From the NCBI GenBank assembly GCA_043798995.1, contig JAZDOD010000004.1:47860-111859 (forward strand): a stretch of 64,000 nt of DNA. The letters are read 5' to 3'. The first letter of the stretch is position 1; every line of letters begins with the position of its first letter. Positions 47,789 through 57,277 of this stretch are shown piece after piece. This DNA comes from a bacterium. Lineage in GTDB: Bacteria > Patescibacteriota > Patescibacteriia > JAACEG01 > JAGUWE01. Below the pieces are notes generated by a model that was not told the origin of the DNA, searched no databases, and saw only the letters and a list, made by a program, of their open reading frames with translations. Position numbers and translations under genes: made by a program.

Positions 47789-48517
47789 TTATTTCAAAAT
47801 TTCTCCATCTGTGGCGATTCGGCGATTGATAACCGGTTTGTCATCAACAATCAATCCGTCTTTAATGCTAATAATTCTTTTGGCGTGTTCAGAAGTGTAG
47901 GTTTCATGAGTGACTAAAATTATGGTCCGGCCCTGATTATTTAAATCTTGTAAAATTCTCATAATTTGAACGCCGGAGATACTGTCCAGATTACCAGTCG
48001 GTTCATCGGCAAAAATCACGGCCGGATTATTGACCAGGGCGCGGGCAATGGCCACACGCTGCTGTTCGCCGCCAGACAGCTGATTTGAAAAATAATTAGC
48101 CCGATGAGACATACCAACATCGGCTATAACTTCATAAGCGCGCTTATCTTTTTCTGATTCTGGCATTTTAGAATAAAGCAGCGGCAAACGGACATTGTCA
48201 AAAACAGTGGTGCGCGGCAATAAATTAAAAGTCTGAAAAACAAAACCAACCTTTTCATTGCGGAGCCGCGCTAATTCTTCATCCTCAACCTTAGTTGTAT
48301 CTTCGTCTTCAAGAAAATATTTTCCCGATGACGGTCGATCCAAAAAGCCTAAAATATGCATCAGGGTTGACTTGCCAGAGCCAGATGGCCCCATAATTGA
48401 AACAAACTCTTCCTGCTCAATATTAAAAGTAAGGCCGCGCAGAACTTTTGTCACGACCTCACCGGAAATATAATTCTTTTTTAAATCCTTAACACTGATT
48501 AACATAGATAAAGTCAA
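47789..48517 (-). CDS. ABC transporter ATP-binding protein (MacB/LolD-type)
   Basis: Walker [10 protein letters not shown], signature [15 protein letters not shown], Walker B IIFADEPT. Confidence 0.9.
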   Translation of the reverse strand: MTLSMLISVKDLKKNYISGEVVTKVLRGLTFNIEQEEFVSIMGPSGSGKSTLMHILGFLDRPSSGKYFLEDEDTTKVEDEELARLRNEKVGFVFQTFNLLPRTTVFDNVRLPLLYSKMPESEKDKRAYEVIADVGMSHRANYFSNQLSGGEQQRVAIARALVNNPAVIFADEPTGNLDSISGVQIMRILQDLNNQGRTIILVTHETYTSEHAKRIISIKDGLIVDDKPVINRRIATDGEILK

Positions 48518-48584
48518 AACTCTCTGCCCGAGGCAGATCCGCCTGCCTGCGCAGGCAGGCCTTTGGCGGAAAAAGTCAAAACTA
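48511..48584. repeat. type B palindromic repeat variant with extra 20-nt perfect palindrome
   Basis: AAGTCAAAACTCTCTGCCCGAGGCAGATCCGCCTGCCTGCGCAGGCAGGCCTTTGGCGGAAAAAGTCAAAAC between MFP and ATPase genes. Confidence 0.5.
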
Positions 48585-48585
48585 T

Positions 48586-50511
48586 TTATTTGCCATTTTC
48601 AATGAAAGTCACGATTTCTTGACCTTCTTTTAAGCCATCAACGATTTCAATCAATCCGCCATCACCTTTTAAACCAGTCACTACTTTGACTTCTCTAAGT
48701 TTTTCTTTTTCTAAAATTCTCACGATTTTATCGCCATTTTTTTCAATGATTGCCTGTTGGGAAATAAAAAGTGCGTTTTCCTTGTGATTGGTTAAAATGT
48801 CCAGATTAGCGGTCATGCCTGGTTTAATATCTTCTCTTTGGTCAGTGAAACTGACTTTGATCTTGTAATAAATTACATCTTGAATTACGGTTTGAGCAGG
48901 ATTAATAAAGAAAACTTTGCCGAAAAATTCTTTTTCGTCTCCAAAAGCATCCAAAGTAAAAGTGACTTCCTGACCAACTTTTATTTTATTGATGTCTGAT
49001 TCAGAAACATCGGCTTCAATCTGAAGATCTGAGGTAATTAAACTAATAAAATTAGCATTAGCCGCAATATTTTCTCCTATTTCGCCATTGACTTTAGCAA
49101 CTACGCCGGCAACAGGGGAGGTTAATTTAGTTTTTTCTAAATTTTGTTTGGTTAAATCAAAAGAGGCTTGGGCTTGGGCAACTTGGGCTTCAAGCGCGGC
49201 AATGTCAACCGAACGAGGTTTGGCTAATTTTAAAGATAAATTGGCCTGAGCAGTATTCAAGGCCGCTATCTGAACCTGAATTGTTGCCTGAGCGGCTTTA
49301 ATTTGGTTATCTGAATCAACTTTGGTTTTAGACAAAGATTGCTCGGCTAACTCTACGCTTTTTTGCGCTGTTTCATAATCGCTTTTAGCCTTGTCATAAG
49401 AAGCCTGGTAACTGTCGGTTTTAGTCTTTTGGTCTAATTCAGCCGAAACAATTGCCTGAAAATCGCTTTGCAGATTTGATTGCTGGGTATTAATAGTTGT
49501 TCTGTCAGTATCAATGGTTGTTTTTAAAGTGCTTAAATCAGCGTCAGTAAAACCGGCAATGGTGGTTGTATTATTCAAAACAATGCGGGTTTTAATTAAA
49601 GCGTCTTCGGCTTGATTAAGCGCTGATCCCACTAATTTAGCGGTTGATTTTATTTCCTGGTTAACCGTAGTTGAATTAATCTTATTATAACTTTCATTAG
49701 CTGAATTATATTTTTCTTTGAGTAAAAGATAGGACTGATTTGCCGTGCCGACAGTAGTGAAATTCAAAGTTCCTAAAGCTGATTCAAATTTATCATTAAT
49801 ACTTTTATTATCAATGCCTAAAATATTATCAATATCTATCATCGCTACATAAATCTTGATTAAATTGGCCGCCATGGTAGTTTTGATGTCTTCATACTCA
49901 TCACTGACACTCTGGGCCGTGCTTTGAATAATGTTATCCAAGTTGGTTTTGCCACTATCTAAGGTAATTTGAGCCGTATTTAGAGCAAGTTTCGTATTTT
50001 GCAAATCTAACTCTGTTTTTTTGATATTTTCCTTGGTTAATTTAATCGTATTGTCTAAATTGGTCTGGGCCTGTTTTAGAGCAGCTTGGGCGCTGGCCAC
50101 ATTGCTTTGGGCGACTCTAATGTCTTCAGAACTGACGCCGGCTAATTTTAAATCTAAATTGGCTTGAGCTGTTTTTAAAACGGCTTCGGCCTGACTGGTC
50201 TGAAATTGCTGATCAACTGAATCCAACTGGGCCAAAAGATCGCCTTCCTTAACTATATCGCCCTCAACTTTATTTTTGGCTGATAGTTTGCCGCTAATTT
50301 GAAATGATAAATCAATTGTCGGCTTGGCCACCACTGAACCCGTAACTGAAACTGTCTGTTTTAATTCCCCTTTCGCGGTTTTGGCCGTTAAATATTTTAC
50401 CGGCGTCTTATAAAAAAATAAACGATAGCCGCCAAATAAAACTAAAACAATCACTACGGCGGCAATAACAATCCTCCTTTTTTTTCTGAAAAATCTTTTA
50501 AATAAAGTCAT
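48586..50511 (-). CDS. periplasmic adaptor (HlyD-family membrane fusion protein) with very long coiled coil
   Basis: N-terminal TM anchor, biotinyl/lipoyl-like and beta-barrel segments separated by ~350 aa of heptad-rich sequence; first gene of the MacB-type operon. Confidence 0.7.
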   Translation of the reverse strand: MTLFKRFFRKKRRIVIAAVVIVLVLFGGYRLFFYKTPVKYLTAKTAKGELKQTVSVTGSVVAKPTIDLSFQISGKLSAKNKVEGDIVKEGDLLAQLDSVDQQFQTSQAEAVLKTAQANLDLKLAGVSSEDIRVAQSNVASAQAALKQAQTNLDNTIKLTKENIKKTELDLQNTKLALNTAQITLDSGKTNLDNIIQSTAQSVSDEYEDIKTTMAANLIKIYVAMIDIDNILGIDNKSINDKFESALGTLNFTTVGTANQSYLLLKEKYNSANESYNKINSTTVNQEIKSTAKLVGSALNQAEDALIKTRIVLNNTTTIAGFTDADLSTLKTTIDTDRTTINTQQSNLQSDFQAIVSAELDQKTKTDSYQASYDKAKSDYETAQKSVELAEQSLSKTKVDSDNQIKAAQATIQVQIAALNTAQANLSLKLAKPRSVDIAALEAQVAQAQASFDLTKQNLEKTKLTSPVAGVVAKVNGEIGENIAANANFISLITSDLQIEADVSESDINKIKVGQEVTFTLDAFGDEKEFFGKVFFINPAQTVIQDVIYYKIKVSFTDQREDIKPGMTANLDILTNHKENALFISQQAIIEKNGDKIVRILEKEKLREVKVVTGLKGDGGLIEIVDGLKEGQEIVTFIENGK

Positions 50512-50572
50512 AATTCTTTTGATATTTTATACATTTATATTTATTTTAATAAAAAATGTCTGTAAAGTCAAC

Positions 50573-51004
50573 TCATTTTAAAAAGACGTAAACCCCACAC
50601 TCCACCATTTTTATCAAGATTTCTCGTTCGCGCGGGCGTTCGTCAAAATCAATCAAAACTATTCGCTGCCAGGTACCAAGTGCTAATTTGCCATCTTCAA
50701 TTGGCACGACTAAATCCGGCCCGATTAAAGCCGCTTTTAGATGAGCGGCGCCGTTGTGATCAACCCAACGTTTGTGATGATGATAATCAGCTTTTTCCGG
50801 AGCAATTTTTTCCAGCATTTCCTTCATATCTTGAATAATCCCTTCTTCATATTCCATAATTGTTAAAGCCGCAGTTGAACCAGTGACAAAAATTATCACT
50901 ATTCCTTCTTTAACTTTAACTTCTTCGACTTCACCATTCACCCTGTCGGTAATATCAATAAAATCATAATGTCCTTGGGTTTTAATTTTAATTTTTTCCA
51001 ACAT
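50573..51004 (-). CDS. YjbQ-family (UPF0047) secondary thiamine-phosphate synthase-like protein
   Basis: Characteristic YjbQ length (143 aa) and GHYDFIDITD...HHHKRW...AHLKA motifs. Confidence 0.75.
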   Translation of the reverse strand: MLEKIKIKTQGHYDFIDITDRVNGEVEEVKVKEGIVIIFVTGSTAALTIMEYEEGIIQDMKEMLEKIAPEKADYHHHKRWVDHNGAAHLKAALIGPDLVVPIEDGKLALGTWQRIVLIDFDERPREREILIKMVECGVYVFLK

Positions 51005-51111
51005 TTTATAAAATTTAAGTTTTTTAGTTTCTTACATTATAGCAAAAAGAAAGATGGCGTTAAAGCGCCATCTGTTTAAAAATTAACCTCTTTAAAAAAT
51101 TTTTCGTCGCT

Positions 51112-51336
51112 CTAACCTGCCTTGACTATTTCATAAACATTATATGCCTCGGCCTCAATTTTCACTTCTTCGCCGTGTTCTTCGAAAAACTTTCTTTCCA
51201 GTTGAGCAATGGCTTCATCAATAACATTACCTTTTGGTATAACGGTAATTTCTCCTTCCCAGTGATATCCTCTTATTTCTATTTCTCCTCTCTTGTAAAT
51301 ATTGAATTTTCCTTCTACTTGATAAATCTTCTCCAT
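51112..51336 (-). CDS. hypothetical small protein
   Basis: 74-aa ORF, no recognisable family. Confidence 0.4.
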   Translation of the reverse strand: MEKIYQVEGKFNIYKRGEIEIRGYHWEGEITVIPKGNVIDEAIAQLERKFFEEHGEEVKIEAEAYNVYEIVKAG

Positions 51337-51568
51337 TGTTTTCCCTCCTTTTGAATGAACGAATTTGTTAAGTTAACTAAACAATATAGCGCTTTTTTAG
51401 ATTTTGTCAATATTAAAATTTAATTAACTGGCGCTGCCTGCGTCGGCCGCACTGGAATTAGATTGTAACGCTTCACAAATTAATCTATTGATGTATAATA
51501 AAATGACAACAAACGCTCTTTAAAAATTTTTAGAAATAATCTCTGAAAAAATTATAAAGGAGGGAAAA

Positions 51569-52306
51569 GTGCGAAGCAATCAACTGTTTTGGAACAAAGA
51601 AAAAGAAGAATTTATTATTAAAAACTACGGGCAACTTTCGCCCAAAGAAATTGCTTTTCAGCTCAAGACCACCAGCAACAAAGTCAGATGCCGGGCAGCT
51701 TATCTAAGAAGAAAGGGCAAACCAGTTTTTAAATATCCTGGTATTAATTGGCGGGACGAGGAAATGAAAGAAAAGCTTTTGGCCGATTATGGCAGCAAAC
51801 CAACTCATCAAGTGGCTGAAAATTTTAAGACAAGCGTGGGGGCAATTTACCAAGCGATACGACGTCTTAACTCTGGTTTTAGAGGCAACGATATAAATTA
51901 TACTTTTGAAGAATTGGGAGAATTGCTAAAAAAAGACTCAAACACGATAAGAAGATGGAAAAAATATGGATTAAAAATCAGCGGCTATGCTAAAGATAGC
52001 TTGACCTATAGTTTAAGCAGAAAGAGTATAGAAAGGAAGGAAGTTCCTCAATTTTCCTGGGCATTAATTAGTTTGGTTGATTTTAAAAAATTCGTTAAAT
52101 CGCGACCGGAAGCGCTTAATCTAATAACCTTGGGTAAAGAAACAAAACATCTTTTAGAATTGACTCGTTTGAAAATCAAATGGCAGGAAAAGAAAATTAG
52201 TTGTGAGCCATGTAATATTTATTTTTGGGCAGCTCTTTATAACAATTATCCGAGATGCCCTAAATGCGGCCGAATCGTCAGCAAGTGGGCAATTGCCTAT
52301 CGCTAA
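51569..52306 (+). CDS. hypothetical protein with repeated HTH-like segments and C-terminal zinc ribbon
   Basis: Three helix-turn-helix-like stretches, C-terminal CEPC...CPKCG; followed by a clear terminator. Confidence 0.45.
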   Translation: MRSNQLFWNKEKEEFIIKNYGQLSPKEIAFQLKTTSNKVRCRAAYLRRKGKPVFKYPGINWRDEEMKEKLLADYGSKPTHQVAENFKTSVGAIYQAIRRLNSGFRGNDINYTFEELGELLKKDSNTIRRWKKYGLKISGYAKDSLTYSLSRKSIERKEVPQFSWALISLVDFKKFVKSRPEALNLITLGKETKHLLELTRLKIKWQEKKISCEPCNIYFWAALYNNYPRCPKCGRIVSKWAIAYR

Positions 52307-52312
52307 TGTTTT

Positions 52313-52344
52313 TAGCCTCAATATTATATTGAGGCTATTTTTTT
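52313..52344 (+). terminator. rho-independent terminator
   Basis: TAGCCTCAATATTATATTGAGGCTATTTTTTT. Confidence 0.55.
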
Positions 52345-52483
52345 AAAAAAATCAAAAAAAATACTTATCGAATTCTTTAATTTTATCTTTCTTTGCCAAA
52401 CTAACTCTGTCTATACTTTATCTTCAAATCTTTTCTGTCCCAATTTTACGCTTTTGTCGCCAAAAAAGCAACCCCCGCGGTCC

Positions 52484-52511
52484 TTGACAATTTGTCAGGA
52501 TTTAGTAGTAT
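52484..52511 (+). promoter_or_regulatory. sigma70-like promoter of candidate sRNA
   Basis: TTGACA-16nt-TAGTAT in the middle of a 420-nt convergent intergenic region. Confidence 0.35.
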
Positions 52512-52517
52512 TGAAAG

Positions 52518-52629
52518 ACGTTCTTTTCCGCTCTCTAAACCGCTTGCCCGGTTGAAGGTTTGAAAGAGGGAGCCAGCCTCCGAAACCCTCTTTTTACCAC
52601 CCCCTACACCTTCAGCCGGGCTTTTTTTA
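52518..52629 (+). ncRNA. candidate ~110-nt small RNA (promoter to intrinsic terminator)
   Basis: GC-rich, long-range pairing GCCCGGUUGAAGG/CCUUCAGCCGGGC closing an inner AGAGGG...CCCUCU hairpin, followed by a U7 run. Confidence 0.3.
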
Positions 52630-52728
52630 TTGTTTATTTACAAATACCCCGACTCCCAAAAATTAGCAATATACAAAACCCTGCTATATAGCAGGGTTTT
52701 AAAAAAACAAAAACAACCTTTATTTTTT

Positions 52729-52986
52729 CTACGACTTTAATTGAAATCCTATTTTTTCCGCTATTTGCAAAACCCATTTTTCCAGCCGGTCCACCTTATG
52801 CGCTAACATTACCATCTCCTGAAAATAAGCATCGGCTTTCTTGGCATAATTATCAACAGCACTTTGAAGATCGGAGAAATCTTGTTTTAATTCCGTTCTT
52901 AATTCTTCCAAATCTTTTTTAGTAGCTATCTCATCTCTGGTAGCAAAAACCTCAATAAGTTTTTGAATATCCTCATTAGTAAGCAT
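52729..52986 (-). CDS. hypothetical coiled-coil protein
   Basis: 85 aa, heptad pattern, hairpin terminator downstream (AAAACCCTGCTATATAGCAGGGTTTT). Confidence 0.4.
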   Translation of the reverse strand: MLTNEDIQKLIEVFATRDEIATKKDLEELRTELKQDFSDLQSAVDNYAKKADAYFQEMVMLAHKVDRLEKWVLQIAEKIGFQLKS

Positions 52987-53086
52987 ATATTATAATATGG
53001 CTTTAAGGTTAAGGTGATTAAATTATAATCCTTATAAAAATTATGTCAAACTTTGTAGCTAATTTCTTAAAATTGGCGTTTCAGAG

Positions 53087-53608
53087 TTAACTACTCAATG
53101 CCTCCGCAATTTTATGGCCAAATTCATGAGCGGCTGGGGGGCCATTAGCAGTAATAATTTTACCATCAACCTCAACTGATGCGCCGGTATAAATAGCACC
53201 GCCTTGAACTAAATAATTTTTAGCTCCTCCCCAGCAGGTGGCTCGCTTACCGGTTAAAATACCGGCCTTGGCTAAAATTGCCGCGGCAACACAAATCCCG
53301 GCCACCAATTTACCGGCCTGATAAAAATTTTGCGCCAGCTGAATTAATCCTTGATGCTCAACCATTTCGACCATACCCGGGCCACCGACAAAAACCACGC
53401 CATCATAATCATTAACATTAACTTCGGTTAAAGTTAAATCAATTTGAACCACTCCTTCGTCAGCGCCGTGGGCTTGGCCGATTTGAGTTGAGGCCACCCT
53501 CACCTGAACCGCGTATTCTTCTAAAGCTTTTTTGGGTTCAAAATATTCTGTATCGCGAAAATTTTCAGGCGCAATAACCATTAAAATTTTTTTGCCTGAT
53601 AAATCCAT
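53087..53608 (-). CDS. DJ-1/PfpI family protein
   Basis: Class I glutamine amidotransferase-like fold, nucleophile-elbow region AGICVAAAIL; 173 aa. Confidence 0.75.
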   Translation of the reverse strand: MDLSGKKILMVIAPENFRDTEYFEPKKALEEYAVQVRVASTQIGQAHGADEGVVQIDLTLTEVNVNDYDGVVFVGGPGMVEMVEHQGLIQLAQNFYQAGKLVAGICVAAAILAKAGILTGKRATCWGGAKNYLVQGGAIYTGASVEVDGKIITANGPPAAHEFGHKIAEALSS

Positions 53609-53783
53609 AATATTTCAAATCCTAAATTCAAAATCCTAAATCCGAAACAAATCCTCCCCCTACGGGGGATCTCCCGAAGGGAGACAAATCCAAAATTCTA
53701 AATCCCAAACTGTTTGTAATTTATGATTTTGAAATTTAGATATTGTTTAGGATTTCGTGCTTAGAATTTAGAATTTTATTATT

Positions 53784-54176
53784 TTAATCGGCTTTGATAA
53801 AATTACAATTGGGATCAACTTCCATAAAATGATGGGCTTTACCCTCGCGAAATTCAGCGCATTGATTTTCCGGCAGATTATCAATATCTTGACGCGGATT
53901 ATGAGCAATGTCGCCCACCCAATCAAGCGCCACCACGCCCAAACAAGGGCCGGCTGATAAATCATCACCTTGGCTTAATTTCTGCCGGCAAAGAGTTTGG
54001 GTTTGGGCAATGGCAATATCCTTAACTGCTTTCTTTTCCATATTAATATAACCTAAACCGGTGGTGGCATCAACCGCTTCATTAATTGATTGGCTAATCT
54101 GACTTTCTTTTCTTTGACAACCGGCCGCCAAAAAAAACAATATTACGCAAATTAAAATTTTAATTGTTTTTTTCAT
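53784..54176 (-). CDS. putative lipoprotein
   Basis: Signal peptide with lipobox-like LAAGCQ; no family assignment. Confidence 0.5.
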   Translation of the reverse strand: MKKTIKILICVILFFLAAGCQRKESQISQSINEAVDATTGLGYINMEKKAVKDIAIAQTQTLCRQKLSQGDDLSAGPCLGVVALDWVGDIAHNPRQDIDNLPENQCAEFREGKAHHFMEVDPNCNFIKAD

Positions 54177-54278
54177 TAAAGCCTATTTCAATTTATTGAT
54201 CACAACAAAAATAAATAAAACTAAAATTCCTAAAATAAATAGTCCGGCATAGGCTTCGTTCGACATTCCCATAAATTT

Positions 54279-55301
54279 TTATTTTAAATATTCAACCTTG
54301 TTTAAATTATGTTCTTCTAAATTCTTGCTATAAATTATTTTTCCGTCTTTGGTTGAAAGAAAATACCAGTAATCGTTGGCTTTCGGATAAATCGCGGCTT
54401 TAATTGAGGAAAGGCCGGGGTTGCAAATTGCCCCCGGTGGCAGACCGCGGTATTTATAAGTATTATACAGACTGTCAATTTGGGCGTCTTCGTAACTTAT
54501 GCTGGGGGTTTTTTTGCCAGTGATATAATTGACGGTTGAATCAGCTTGGATTCCTATTCCTTTTTTAAGCCGGCGCCAAAAAATATCGGCAATCATCGCC
54601 CTATCCTCATCGCTTCCTGCCTCTTTTTCTAAGATACTAGCCATAACCACAATTTGTGAAATGCTTTTGCCTTGTTTTTTAATTTCCTCGCGAAGTTCTC
54701 TGTTAAGCTTTTGATCAAAGTTTGTGATCATCTTTTTGATAATGTCTTGGGCAGTAGCTGTTTGATAAATTCGATAAGTGTCAGGAAAAAGATAGCCCTC
54801 TAAGGTTTTGTTTTGAGAATTAATTTCTTTTAAAAAATCAAAATGAAAATCATCTGGAAGCTTGACCGCGTTTAGAAAATCTTCTTTTTTTACAATTTTT
54901 TGCTTAGCTAAGTATTCAGCTATTTCGTCAATTGTCCACCCCTCTAAAACTTTAATTGTCAATTCATTAGTTAAACTTTGACCCGAGGTTAACAAATTGA
55001 CTAAGTGGCGAATATTAACATCCCTGGGTAAAAAATGCCGGCCGGCCTTAAATTGATTTTTTTTACCAATTAGCCAAACATAATTTTCAAAAACTAACCT
55101 ACTACAAATAAAACCTTCTTTTTTTAATTTTTGGCTGATTTGATTAACGCCATCGCCTTTATCTATGATAAATTCTTTAACGCCCTTTAAACTTGGGCAA
55201 GGATTAACAACGCTGTAGAAAAAATATAAACTTATTAAAAAACAAATAACCAATAAACTTATAACAACAATAAATATTTTTTTGAGCATATTAAATTTCA
55301 A
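54279..55301 (-). CDS. mltG: endolytic murein transglycosylase MltG (YceG-like)
   Basis: N-terminal TM anchor, YceG domain with LEGYLFPDTY signature. Confidence 0.85.
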   Translation of the reverse strand: MKFNMLKKIFIVVISLLVICFLISLYFFYSVVNPCPSLKGVKEFIIDKGDGVNQISQKLKKEGFICSRLVFENYVWLIGKKNQFKAGRHFLPRDVNIRHLVNLLTSGQSLTNELTIKVLEGWTIDEIAEYLAKQKIVKKEDFLNAVKLPDDFHFDFLKEINSQNKTLEGYLFPDTYRIYQTATAQDIIKKMITNFDQKLNRELREEIKKQGKSISQIVVMASILEKEAGSDEDRAMIADIFWRRLKKGIGIQADSTVNYITGKKTPSISYEDAQIDSLYNTYKYRGLPPGAICNPGLSSIKAAIYPKANDYWYFLSTKDGKIIYSKNLEEHNLNKVEYLK

Positions 55302-55908
55302 TTAAAGGAACAAAAGCAAAACCGGAAAATTCTTCCTGAGAAAATTTATCTTCACCCTTTCTGATAATCAAATAAATGCTATTTTGAACCGGAATTACTA
55401 AACGGCCATTGATTTTAAGCTGCTCCTTTAAAGACGCCGGAACTTTTTCGGCTGCTGCTCCTGCCAAAATTCTATCAAAAGGCGCTTCTTTTTTCAACCC
55501 CAGTGAACCATCGGCACAATTAAACTCTACTATTCCTTTTTTAATAAAATTATATTTCGCCACATTACTTTTGCCAAATTCAACTAATTCCGGAATTCTA
55601 TCAATCGCTATAACCCTACCGCCAGAACCAATAATATAAGCCAACAAAGCCGTTGTCCAGCCAGATCCAGAACCCACGTCCAAAATTTTCTGGCCCGGCT
55701 CGGCTTGGAGTAATTCCAGCATAAAAGCCACGGTCAGCGGCTGAGAAATAGTTTGATTATAGCCAATAGGTAAGGGATAATTGCCATAAGCTTCACTCAA
55801 TAAATTTTCCGGCACAAAATCCGCCCTATCAATCTGCCGAAACGCCTCAATAATCCTCGGAGTTTTTAAATAACCGGCGGCAATTAAATTGTTAATTAAT
55901 TCATTCAT
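55291..55908 (-). CDS. pcm: protein-L-isoaspartate O-methyltransferase
   Basis: SAM-binding ILDVGSGSGW motif and PCMT-family layout. Confidence 0.85.
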   Translation of the reverse strand: MNELINNLIAAGYLKTPRIIEAFRQIDRADFVPENLLSEAYGNYPLPIGYNQTISQPLTVAFMLELLQAEPGQKILDVGSGSGWTTALLAYIIGSGGRVIAIDRIPELVEFGKSNVAKYNFIKKGIVEFNCADGSLGLKKEAPFDRILAGAAAEKVPASLKEQLKINGRLVIPVQNSIYLIIRKGEDKFSQEEFSGFAFVPLIEI

Positions 55909-55981
55909 ACTTTATTGGGCTTGACCCCGTAGCAAATCCCAGCGAAGGGTTTTTACAATTTTTAACCACATTGAGGCGAAG

Positions 55982-56014
55982 CCCCGAACCATGCGCAAGC
56001 GCATGGTTCGGGGC
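55982..56014. repeat. perfect 15-bp-stem palindrome flanked by GGCGAAGCC direct repeats
   Basis: CCCCGAACCATGCGC-AAG-GCGCATGGTTCGGGG in a divergent intergenic region. Confidence 0.45.
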
Positions 56015-56290
56015 GAAGCCGCGCTCCGTCGCCAAAGCTTTGAAGCGTCGGCGACCTGACGGCTTTATCTTAATTTAGCAAAAATTTTTCTTAGGATTGT
56101 TACGGGGTTGATTTTTTTTCAGTTTTATGCTATAATTATATTAGAAAATGAAAAAAATTCAATGGTTTTGAATGTAAGCCAAAATAAAGTAAAATAAGCC
56201 AAAAAAACAAAAAAATCCTCTTTGCCTTCTTCGCCGGGGTAGCCAAAGCTACGAAGGCCGAACGCAAGGGTTACAAAAATAAAAACAAAA

Positions 56291-57277
56291 ATGAAAAACA
56301 AAAAAAGATGCTTAAAATTTTATAATTTTAATTTTGGAATATTTATTTTACTAATAAATATAGCTTTTTTTGCTATATTTTTTTTATCGCCGAAAATAAC
56401 ACTGGCTCAAATTAATATTCAAAAATTAATAAACTTGACTAATGATGAACGCTTAAAAAATAATTTGCCAGCTTTAGAGATAAACCCACAACTCGCCCAA
56501 ATAGCCGAAAATAAATGTCAGGATATGATTGAGGAAAATTATTTTGCCCATACTAGTCCTTCTGGTAAAAGATTTTGGCAGTGGTTTAAAGAAGAGAATT
56601 ACAATTATCTTTACGCCGGCGAAAATTTAGCCATGGATTTTTCTGAAAGCGAAGAAGTAGTAAGGGCCTGGCTTGCCAGCGCAACTCATCGAACTAATCT
56701 TTTAAACCCAAAATTCAAGCACATCGGCGTTGCCATTAAAGAAGGATTTATTAATGGCCAGCCGACTATAGCCATTGCCCAAGAATTCGGCGCGCTTAGC
56801 AAATCTCTAACTATCAACCAGCCGGATGATGAAACAGTTTCTAATCAAAGTTATTCTTCTTTTGTTTTGCCGAATTTATTAAATTACCAAAGGGTTGATT
56901 TAGTAATTGAAATGGATAACCAAAAAGAAAATTATAGCCAGCTGATTTATCCTTTCTTCCCCGCTGACAATAAAAATCAAAATTGGCAAATAGCTTTCAA
57001 CTTAGACAAAAATAATCTTTTTGCTTATGAGAATGATCAAACTCAAAAGGATTTAACTTTGCCGTTTTGGGGAAATAAAAAAGAAGTCCTGGGCGAAAGC
57101 TCTTTTAAGACATTCTTTATTGTCGGCGAAAATATTCCGGCCGAAAAAATATATTTCAATCGCCTTTTCTTTCTTGCCGCTCTCTTAATTATTTCGATGG
57201 TCTTGAATTTATTAACTTTAAGCGGCGCTCTTCATCTTAAAAGTAAAAAAAGTAAAATACCAATTGCTAATCTATAA
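56291..57277 (+). CDS. CAP/SCP (YkwD-like) domain protein with N- and C-terminal membrane anchors
   Basis: NDERLKNNLPAL...YFAHTSPSG...YAGENLA CAP-domain motifs. Confidence 0.7.
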   Translation: MKNKKRCLKFYNFNFGIFILLINIAFFAIFFLSPKITLAQINIQKLINLTNDERLKNNLPALEINPQLAQIAENKCQDMIEENYFAHTSPSGKRFWQWFKEENYNYLYAGENLAMDFSESEEVVRAWLASATHRTNLLNPKFKHIGVAIKEGFINGQPTIAIAQEFGALSKSLTINQPDDETVSNQSYSSFVLPNLLNYQRVDLVIEMDNQKENYSQLIYPFFPADNKNQNWQIAFNLDKNNLFAYENDQTQKDLTLPFWGNKKEVLGESSFKTFFIVGENIPAEKIYFNRLFFLAALLIISMVLNLLTLSGALHLKSKKSKIPIANL

